From Pseudobacteriovorax sp. (lineage in GTDB: Bacteria; Bdellovibrionota_B; Oligoflexia; Oligoflexales; Oligoflexaceae), in NCBI GenBank assembly GCA_050293845.1, contig JBNKNM010000096.1:1-19703 (forward strand): 19,703 bases of DNA, in the 5' to 3' direction. The position numbers and the translations under genes are program-made. Under the pieces are notes generated by a model. The model worked only from the letters and a program-made list of their open reading frames with translations, ran no database searches and was not told the origin of the DNA. Of the stretch, positions 1 to 7,104 are shown one piece after another. Numbering within the stretch: position 1 is the first letter of the stretch; each line of letters starts with the position of its first letter.

Positions 1-154
1 TCCCTCACCAAAGGCTTGGCGTGACCATGATGGAAATCCGCCCTTTGTGTCCTAATCAGTGCCTAGGCTATTAGAAAAGCCATGGTGCAAAACAGGTCTT
101 CACAAAGGAGGTTTTACCAGTCAAACCATCAAAACGAGTATGCTTGACACTTCG
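1..154 (-). ncRNA. Candidate IS1111-type non-coding guide region (seekRNA/bridge-RNA-like), probably continuing past the window edge
   Basis: Lies directly downstream of the IS110-family transposase stop. Nested pairings: 126-130 with 29-33, 101-109 with 41-49, 94-96 with 51-53 and 78-81 with 66-69, enclosing a symmetric 12x12 nt internal loop (82-93 and 54-65). Confidence 0.6.
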
Positions 155-468
155 TCAGGCGACGAATTTAAAATCTTGTTTCTTTGTTAAGATTGCCCAA
201 ATGAGTCGAGCATTTTTATTAGCTAATGCGAGGGTTGCTCTATTGCTACCTCGACGCTGTTTCAGTTTATAAACCCAGGACTGAATACTATCTCCATTTT
301 CAACAGCTCGATAAATAGTTGAGCGGCAACCATGAATAAGTTGTTTCCTCAAATAAGTATCTCCTCGCTTACTGATCCCAAGCTGCCTTTCTTTGCCTCC
401 AGTAGAGTGCTGCTTTGGTACCAACCCTAGCCAGGCGGCAAAGTGACGCTTCGTGAAAATTCATTTTG
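155..468 (-). pseudogene. IS110-family (IS1111 subgroup) transposase, C-terminal fragment only
   Basis: Reads NEFSR/RHFAAWLGLVPKQHSTGGKERQLGISKRGDTYLRKQLIHG...LALANKNARLIWA, typical of the IS110 C-terminal domain, with a frameshift near 449. No N-terminal DEDD/RuvC-like domain is recognisable upstream. Confidence 0.88.
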
Positions 469-867
469 CCTGTGAAAATAATCGCTGAAAAGGGGTAAAG
501 CAAAAAGCGAAAGAAACGTAATGCCTATTATGATTGTATTTGTTGGTTTATGATGAAATCGAGTGACAATGGATTTTATGTAGATCTTAATGATGATGCA
601 AAATTGATGTATTATGCTTTGCATGGTATCCGATAGTTTAGAATAATGAGCCGTATATACTTGGTTGCCCAAACAAAGCGGTAGCCCCCATTATAGACGT
701 ATGTTCTTGCAGATTTCCACGCATTATTCTTTGACCTATAAGCTGCACCTAAAAAGATGGCTTTACCAAAGATCAAGAAGCTTCTTCCAGGTTTTAAAAT
801 CCCCTCATCACAAGTCTTACAATAAGTTATCTTTGATCTTGATCGCTCTTAGCAAATGTTTTTCACT

Positions 868-1260
868 AAAAGAATAAAAAACTCCAAGGTATAGTGAAGA
901 TTGAATAAGTGAATCAGTGTCCTGTTTCGAAAGATTGGCACCAGAACAAAGATGTATTTTCGCACCCTAGCTGCTAAGTTTTTGAAAGGATATGAAGATG
1001 TATCGCGTTTCATGATTTATGTTTAGGATAAGAGAAAGGCTCTGACCGACACCAAAAACAAGTTTGTGAATAAGTCCATTAACAGGACCGTTCATAATAA
1101 TAACGCCCTGGGAATACTCTGCGATATCTTAAAGTACAGAGCCAAATGTCTGGGGATAGGTAGCTCAAAAATTCGCTGAGAGGGGAACGACAAGAACTTG
1201 CTCAAGCTGTGGATACTTTCATAATGAAGGTATTGATATAATGAATTGCGTGAACTCTTG
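868..1260 (+). pseudogene. tnpB: Degenerate TnpB (IS200/IS605/IS607-associated RNA-guided nuclease) remnant
   Basis: Manual translation: KNSKV**RLNK*ISVLFRKIGTRTKMYFRTLAAKFLKGYEDV...V*DK...KSINRTVHNNNALGILCDILKYRAKCLGIGSSK, then a frameshift at the A5 run (1167-1171) to FAERGTTRTCSSCGYFH. This matches the TnpB LKYKA...E..T[ST]xTCxxCG helix-plus-zinc-ribbon signature. Confidence 0.72.
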
Positions 1261-1664
1261 CTATACAGTGTCTACATATAATTTCCTTTTGAAAAGAAGA
1301 TCTTTACACTGTTGTTGTGAAAAATACATGATGAACAATTCATTTCTTGTGAAGAAACATTTTTGAAACAAACCGAGCCAGCATAACAGAATTATAGAAA
1401 AACTTTGACTTCTTGGTATTTAAGACTGTAGAGTTCTTGCAACAAATTAAGTTTAAATAAATTTTTATAATGTTTCTCATGGTGTGCCGTATCGCAGCTA
1501 GTAGCGATAAAGATTAGTCTTTAAAAGACTCATATTATTATTACGAAGTTTATGAGTTGTAGCGATAATATGAATTTTTTTATGTTCTTAGGCGATTCCA
1601 TTTGAACTGGGATAAACTTAATTTCTAGATTGTACGGTGCAATAGAAACTACGTGGGTTTCAAT

Positions 1665-2999
1665 ATGATCATAACTCGAAGATTGAATTTTGGCTTTAAA
1701 CTATTGTTTGGGTTGTGCCTGGCAGTGATATATTTTTCACATGGATTACAAGCACAGTCTCCAATCAAAATCATGCCTCTTGGTGATTCCATAACGGGGT
1801 CTCCAGGTTGTTGGCGGGCTCTTCTCTGGAACTCTTTGCAGAACAGCGGGTATACGAATATTGATTTCGTTGGCACTCTTCCGCCGCAGGGCTGTAGTGT
1901 TGAGCATGACGGTGACAATGAAGGTCATGGCGGGTACTTAGCAACCAATGTGGCCCGGCAAAATCAGTTGGTAAATTGGTTGTCAGCAAGTAATCCCGAT
2001 ATAGTCATGATGCATTTTGGCACCAACGATGTTTGGAATGCTATAGCAACAAACCCTATATTGGATGCTTATTCCATCCTCGTACAGCAAATGCGTGATA
2101 ACAATCCTCGCATGAAAATCATCGTGGCACAAATTATTCCTATGGACCCTGTCCGTTCCTGTTCAGACTGTGACCTTCGTGTGATTAATCTCAATAGGGC
2201 AATTCCCGCCTGGGCTGCCGAAATCAGTACACCTCAATCACCAGTTGTAGTGGTGGATCAGTGGACGGGATTTAATACTGACCAGGATACCTACGATGGT
2301 GTACATCCCAATGACTCTGGCATTGAAAAAATCTCTACTACTTGGTTTCCCGTTTTAACGAAATTGCTAGATAGCGATTCCAGTACGCCCCTACCACCTC
2401 GTGCTTTTGGACAAAATGTACGGATTTTGCTAAACCAAAACTTGGATATTACCCTTGCGGGATCAGATCCTGATGGGCAAATCGTTAGTTATCAGATTGT
2501 ATCGCATCCAGTGAGTGGTAGTCTCAGGGGTGAGGGTCAGAACATGATATACATTCCTCACAACGATTTTGTAGGTATAGACTCATTTCAATTTACGGTT
2601 ACAGATTCCGATGGGCTTACTTCGACACCTGCAACCGTTGAAATTGTAGTTGCTGCAGAGGAACTCCCTTGTACCATTGGATATAATATAACTAATGACT
2701 GGGGTAATGGTTATCAAGTAGACATGCAGATAACTAATAATAGTAACGCAACTATAAATGGCTATGAGTTAGTATGGAATCTAGGAATGGGAGAGAGCTT
2801 CGCAGAAGGGTGGAACGCCTCCTTTACTATAAACGGTACACAAGTTACCGCGGCAGTTTTTGCGGGGCGATGGAATGCTACAATACTCCCTAATGGTGGA
2901 AGGTCATCCTTTGGATTAATAGTGAATAAGTCTGATAGCTCAACGACAACTCCTACCACATTTGTTCTCAACGGAAAGGAGTGTGCCATCGAACCTTAG
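1665..2999 (+). CDS. Secreted SGNH/GDSL esterase (CE3-like acetyl-polysaccharide esterase) with Ig/cadherin-like module and C-terminal CBM2
   Basis: Signal peptide ending LQA-Q; SGNH blocks GDSIT, EGHGG, GTND and DGVHP; GSDPDG...FVGIDSFQFTVTD Ig-like repeat; CBM2 C...NDWGNGY...WNA...NGKEC. The start is ATG 1665 or GTG 1653. Confidence 0.85.
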   Translation: MIITRRLNFGFKLLFGLCLAVIYFSHGLQAQSPIKIMPLGDSITGSPGCWRALLWNSLQNSGYTNIDFVGTLPPQGCSVEHDGDNEGHGGYLATNVARQNQLVNWLSASNPDIVMMHFGTNDVWNAIATNPILDAYSILVQQMRDNNPRMKIIVAQIIPMDPVRSCSDCDLRVINLNRAIPAWAAEISTPQSPVVVVDQWTGFNTDQDTYDGVHPNDSGIEKISTTWFPVLTKLLDSDSSTPLPPRAFGQNVRILLNQNLDITLAGSDPDGQIVSYQIVSHPVSGSLRGEGQNMIYIPHNDFVGIDSFQFTVTDSDGLTSTPATVEIVVAAEELPCTIGYNITNDWGNGYQVDMQITNNSNATINGYELVWNLGMGESFAEGWNASFTINGTQVTAAVFAGRWNATILPNGGRSSFGLIVNKSDSSTTTPTTFVLNGKECAIEP

Positions 3000-3151
3000 A
3001 TTTTAACAAATTCTATTCAATCCAAGAGCTTTGTTGCAGCCCAAAAATTTTCCTGAAGTAGGTAAAATTTTAATCAATAGTTCTTGGAATCAAAATTCTT
3101 TGTTTAGTTATAAGGAATCAAAAATAACTCAATAACATGGAGGCAGTGATT

Positions 3152-4567
3152 ATGTTTAACAAACCATTTTCAATTATTTTGCAATGTATGCGTCTACTCT
3201 CATGTTCCAGGTATCGGCAGCTTAAAAACTATTGTTCTCGCGTTGCTTTCTTAAGAATAGTCATTTTAACTTTACCTTTGGTGTGTTCAACCGAAGTTAT
3301 GGCAGGATTCTCTGTATCTGGCACGCAGTTGCTAGACGGGAATGGTCAACCCTTTATAATCCGAGGAATTAATCATGCCCATACCTGGTATACGGGAGAA
3401 ACTTCATCCTTTGTAAATATTGCCAATACCGGAGCGAATACGGTTCGCGTTGTTCTGAGTGATGGCCAACGTTGGGACCGTAATGATGCGGAAGACGTAG
3501 CCCATGTGATTTCGCTATGTAAGCAAAACAAGCTTATCTGTATGCTAGAAGTCCACGATGTAACTGGCTCTGGTGAGGAAAGTGCTGCAGGTACACTGGC
3601 TAATGCGGTGCAGTATTGGGTCAGTATTGCCAGTGCGCTACAGGGCGAAGAAGACTATGTACTCATCAATATCGCTAATGAGCCGATTGGCAATAACCAA
3701 CCGGCCAGTGCTTGGATTGATCAGCATCGTGCTGCCATTACAGCCCTTCGCGATGCTGGCCTGACCCACACCCTAGTCATAGATGCTGCCAATTGGGGGC
3801 AAGACTGGGAAGAAATCATGCTCGCCAATGCTTCACAGGTAGCGTCCGCAGACATTCTAAGTAATACAATATTTAGTGTACATATGTACCAGGTATACGC
3901 TTATCCCAGTATAATTGAAAACTACATATCTACTTTTTTAAACACTCATAACTTACCGTTAATTATCGGTGAATTTGGTGCTGACCATCAGGGGGAGGAT
4001 GTCGACGAGGATACTATAATGGCAGTGTCTGAAGAGTATGGCATTGGTTATATAGGCTGGTCTTGGTCGGGTAATGGGAGCTGCTGCACATCCCTAGATT
4101 TGGTTAATAGCTTTGATCCTGACAGTCTTTCCAGCTGGGGAGAGCGACTGATTCATGGTGCCGATGGTATCTCATCGACCTCAGTACGAGCATCCGTTTA
4201 CGATGGTGGTGATGGTGGTGATGGTGGTGATGGTGGTGATGGTGGTGATGGTGGTGATGGTGAGAATGGAAATGCCAATTGCGAACATCTCATCATTGGC
4301 TCCTGGAATAGTGGTTTTCAAGGAGCGATTCGGATAACCAACAATTCTAATTCTACTATTAACGGTTGGAGCGTTACATGGAACTACACCGATGGCAGCG
4401 TACTGATCGATAGTTGGAATGCAAGTTTTTCTGGCAATAACCCCTATACGGCTAGTAATCTCAATTGGAATGCATCAATTGCTCCGGGACAATCGGTAGA
4501 GTTTGGCTTTATCGGCAGCGGGAATGGTGCCTCTTCAGCTGTAACTGGCAGTGTCTGTAGTCGATGA
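3152..4567 (+). CDS. Secreted GH5 endo-beta-1,4-mannanase (GH5_8-like) with (DGG)n linker and C-terminal CBM2
   Basis: RGINHAHTWY, GANTVRVVLSDG, LEVHD, NIANEP (acid/base Glu), DAANWGQDW, IFSVHMY, IIGEFG (nucleophile Glu) and WSWSGN; CBM2 with WNSGF, WNA and terminal Cys. GGAGG at 3139-3143 favours ATG 3152. Confidence 0.9.
   Translation: MFNKPFSIILQCMRLLSCSRYRQLKNYCSRVAFLRIVILTLPLVCSTEVMAGFSVSGTQLLDGNGQPFIIRGINHAHTWYTGETSSFVNIANTGANTVRVVLSDGQRWDRNDAEDVAHVISLCKQNKLICMLEVHDVTGSGEESAAGTLANAVQYWVSIASALQGEEDYVLINIANEPIGNNQPASAWIDQHRAAITALRDAGLTHTLVIDAANWGQDWEEIMLANASQVASADILSNTIFSVHMYQVYAYPSIIENYISTFLNTHNLPLIIGEFGADHQGEDVDEDTIMAVSEEYGIGYIGWSWSGNGSCCTSLDLVNSFDPDSLSSWGERLIHGADGISSTSVRASVYDGGDGGDGGDGGDGGDGGDGENGNANCEHLIIGSWNSGFQGAIRITNNSNSTINGWSVTWNYTDGSVLIDSWNASFSGNNPYTASNLNWNASIAPGQSVEFGFIGSGNGASSAVTGSVCSR
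4202..4261 (+). repeat. Perfect 9-bp tandem repeat (GATGGTGGT)x6 plus GATGGT, encoding an Asp-Gly-Gly linker
   Basis: Read directly from the sequence, between the GH5 and CBM2 domains. Confidence 0.97.
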
Positions 4568-4572
4568 TTATA

Positions 4573-4616
4573 AGGCATGGTGGGATCTGTGGCGAAACAC
4601 TAACCTGCCCATGCCT
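4573..4616. terminator. Stem-loop after the mannanase gene (possible terminator or stabilising hairpin)
   Basis: AGGCATGG (4573-4580) pairs with CCATGCCT (4609-4616), with an inner GTG-GCGAAA-CAC; the U-tail is weak. Confidence 0.4.
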
Positions 4617-4978
4617 ACGTCCATTTGTCTTTATAGTTATAATCTTGCAAGAGAGTTCTTCTCCAACTACCAACCTCAAATATTAGAATCATATATAATT
4701 TGATCAGATACCACCGATCAGGGTAGGGACTGTCTTCTAGCTGGTATTATGTGACATATTTTTTAGCATATCTATCATAATTGTAGATACCCTCTATTAT
4801 GACTAGGTATAGACCCTTCCTGTTAATCAATCGGATGAGGAAACTTCCTCTTTCTTTTTCGTATCGTTACGTATCATTCAAAACAAGTCGATCAAAGTAG
4901 AATGCACTACCGAGAAAGACTATCTTCTTTTTGTACCTGGTGATTGATTTAATTAAATCTCAAATTAAGGAGATACTT

Positions 4979-5485
4979 ATGAAAAAGCTAGTTTTAGCTC
5001 TGTCGCTCTTAGGTTTTATGGGTAGCGCTTCCGCTTCAGTTAATGTACGTTTTGCTGGTGACTGCGCCGGTGGTCAATTTGACGCTCAGAACCTTGATGT
5101 TGAGTACTTTAATCTCAACCTCGATCTATTTGGTAGTGGTAAAGCAGAATGTGTTATCACAACAACAGTTCCTGCACGTCGTGGTTACTATGTTCTTGCT
5201 AGTGAGTTTTTAGCGCAAGGTCAAGCTGTTGATGTTCAGAATATCGCCTCGCTTTTCGTAAACCACAGGTTCAACGGTCAAATTATTCCTGGTAAAAGAG
5301 ATACTGCTCGTATTGATAAAGACCTAACTGTAATCGACAGAGCATTTGCAAAGTCTCAATGTGGTAGAAGAGCTGTCATAAGAACAAAGATCACAGCTAC
5401 AACAAACAGGGCTCAGTTCCTATTTGACCAAGCAACGTCAAATACTAAAAAGATTAGATACAAGTATCGTTATGTAAGATGTTAA
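4979..5485 (+). CDS. Secreted four-cysteine beta-rich protein, DUF4360-like (paralogue 1)
   Basis: AAGGAG RBS before ATG 4979; signal peptide MKKLVLALSLLGFMGSASA; Cys pattern GDC / AEC / SQCG / terminal VRC. Confidence 0.75.
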   Translation: MKKLVLALSLLGFMGSASASVNVRFAGDCAGGQFDAQNLDVEYFNLNLDLFGSGKAECVITTTVPARRGYYVLASEFLAQGQAVDVQNIASLFVNHRFNGQIIPGKRDTARIDKDLTVIDRAFAKSQCGRRAVIRTKITATTNRAQFLFDQATSNTKKIRYKYRYVRC

Positions 5486-5510
5486 TTTATACATTGAGAT
5501 ACACACAAGT

Positions 5511-5538
5511 GGGACTCTTCAAGAGTTCCCTATTTGTA
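5511..5538 (+). terminator. Intergenic hairpin, possibly a leaky terminator
   Basis: GGGACTCTT-C-AAGAGTTCCC (one bulge) followed by TATTTGTA, between paralogues 1 and 2. Confidence 0.55.
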
Positions 5539-5551
5539 TTGAGGGGGAGAT

Positions 5552-6172
5552 ATGAAGCTATCTGCGCATGTCTTATTTTTAATTTTGATATCGAACTTTA
5601 GGTTGAACACAATTTTAAAAGCAGAAGAAAGCGAAAACATTCCGTATCAATTTCACGCCGCAATATTGGGTGAGCATTGCTCTGATGATATAAGTTGGGA
5701 GTTCGGAGAGAGGACAACAATTGCTACTTTTAAAAACATTTCCTTAACTGTAAACCCTGAACAGAAAGTAGCCTTTTACCGTTGTAAAGTCATTTGGTCA
5801 CCACTCATAGATTCTTTCCACACCCTACTTTCAGCACCTGTGGAAGTTGTCGGTACTTGGGAAAACTCAGAGTATGGCACTCTTGATATTCGCATAGGCC
5901 ATAAACTTCTGGGATTAGGAGATGCTCCTCTTCTCGATCCATATGCACCTGATGGTTCTGGGGATTTCAGCCTTAGAAGCCATGTTCAAAATTTACACAA
6001 TCAGGATTGCGAAAAAAAATCAAAATTGGTAACAACAATCAGAATTCTACTGAGGTATAATGAGCCAAGTGTTGAAGAAGCAACCTTGAAGCTGCCAAAG
6101 TTAGATTTAAAAAGTCTTATATTGCAAAATGGTGCTTTCCAGAATTGTGCAAAGTCACCTATTGAGAACTGA
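5552..6172 (+). CDS. Probably secreted four-cysteine protein, divergent DUF4360-like (paralogue 2)
   Basis: GAGGGGGAG RBS; hydrophobic N-terminus ending LKA-E; four similarly placed Cys (EHC, YRC, QDC, QNC). Confidence 0.65.
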   Translation: MKLSAHVLFLILISNFRLNTILKAEESENIPYQFHAAILGEHCSDDISWEFGERTTIATFKNISLTVNPEQKVAFYRCKVIWSPLIDSFHTLLSAPVEVVGTWENSEYGTLDIRIGHKLLGLGDAPLLDPYAPDGSGDFSLRSHVQNLHNQDCEKKSKLVTTIRILLRYNEPSVEEATLKLPKLDLKSLILQNGAFQNCAKSPIEN

Positions 6173-6186
6173 AAGGAATAATTTCA

Positions 6187-6999
6187 ATGAAGCGGATTAT
6201 AACAACTCTGGTTTTAGTCTTTTTAAGCGCACCACTATGGGCTCAAAGTAATATCAATGTATGGTTTTCAGGTTCGTGTAAAAATACTGGAAATTTTGAT
6301 GTTCAACAGGGTGACATAGAGTTTTTTAACTTAAATCTAGATACCTTTGCCGATAGTCAAGTGAAAAGAAATACTTGTGTTATAAACGCTGAATTCTCTT
6401 CTCGAAATGGTTACTATTTAGATTTAAGCTGGGTTCAAGTTGAAGCATTGGGAAGTGTAGAAGAACAAGGCGGTGGTGCACTACTTTCTGTTGCTCACCG
6501 GACTAATAATAGTTGGTCAAATGAAGTTGACGATGTTACTAGAGAAGTAGGTGAGACACCTCTACTCGTTAAAATTAAAAATGTTGCTAAAGGAGTGTGC
6601 AATCATACCTTTAGATTTGATACGCGCATAGAATTAGCTGCAAAACTTGGCTTCGTTATCCAAGAGCAAGCGATTAACACCATCGGCTTGGGTTATGAAT
6701 GGAAAGCGTGTAATTATAATCACAAAGTCTATAGATCAAAATATCATAACGGCTCAAACTGGGTTTCCGTAGACGTATTTTTTGACGGTACTTCGGGCTG
6801 GTTCAAAAATAACAACTTTACTGGTAAGTTCTATAATGTTCACCATAAGCCTGGAAAAGTTTATGGCTTATGGAATAACAGAGGCTCTAAGGGTTGGTTT
6901 GAGTTTAATTTTACTGGCACCAGTTCTTTTAAAGGGCGATGGGGCTATGGCAACAAAGTAGGCCACAATGTTGGCGGCAATTGGAATGGATGGCTTTAA
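6187..6999 (+). CDS. Secreted four-cysteine DUF4360-like protein with an added Trp/Gly/Asn-rich C-terminal beta domain (paralogue 3)
   Basis: Signal peptide ending LWA-Q; FDVQQGDIEFFNLNLDTF and RNGYY match paralogue 1 (FDAQNLDVEYFNLNLDLF, RRGYY); Cys in GSC, NTC, GVC, WKAC; extra domain ends GRWGYG...GGNWNGWL. Confidence 0.75.
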   Translation: MKRIITTLVLVFLSAPLWAQSNINVWFSGSCKNTGNFDVQQGDIEFFNLNLDTFADSQVKRNTCVINAEFSSRNGYYLDLSWVQVEALGSVEEQGGGALLSVAHRTNNSWSNEVDDVTREVGETPLLVKIKNVAKGVCNHTFRFDTRIELAAKLGFVIQEQAINTIGLGYEWKACNYNHKVYRSKYHNGSNWVSVDVFFDGTSGWFKNNNFTGKFYNVHHKPGKVYGLWNNRGSKGWFEFNFTGTSSFKGRWGYGNKVGHNVGGNWNGWL

Positions 7000-7029
7000 T
7001 TAGCTAACTGTGAATAGATATAAAAATTC

Positions 7030-7067
7030 ATGTCGCAAGTAGCCTCCACGCTTGCGACGTTCTTTTT
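7030..7067 (+). terminator. Rho-independent terminator
   Basis: GTCGCAAG pairs with CTTGCGAC, followed by GTTCTTTTT, between convergent genes. Confidence 0.8.
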
Positions 7068-7104
7068 AATGATTGACTAGTAAAGTAGGTAAAAAACCGG
7101 CTTT

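Noticed and set aside
427..672. 81-aa ORF on the - strand
   Set aside because: TTG start and no recognisable family; its last codons are out-of-frame transposase sequence, so it is probably a junction artefact.
665..877. 70-aa ORF on the + strand
   Set aside because: No RBS or motif; at most a scrambled upstream part of the TnpB remnant.
4202..4261. Possible CRISPR array
   Set aside because: 9-bp units with no spacers, in frame within a CDS; no CRISPR array or cas genes are seen in the window.
4155..4337. ORF with (MVV)n repeat
   Set aside because: Alternative-frame reading of the DGG linker repeat inside the mannanase.
4572..4618. GTAG-initiated hairpin on the - strand as a REP element
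   Set aside because: Only one copy is seen in the window and no RAYT gene; it is adequately explained as a 3' hairpin.
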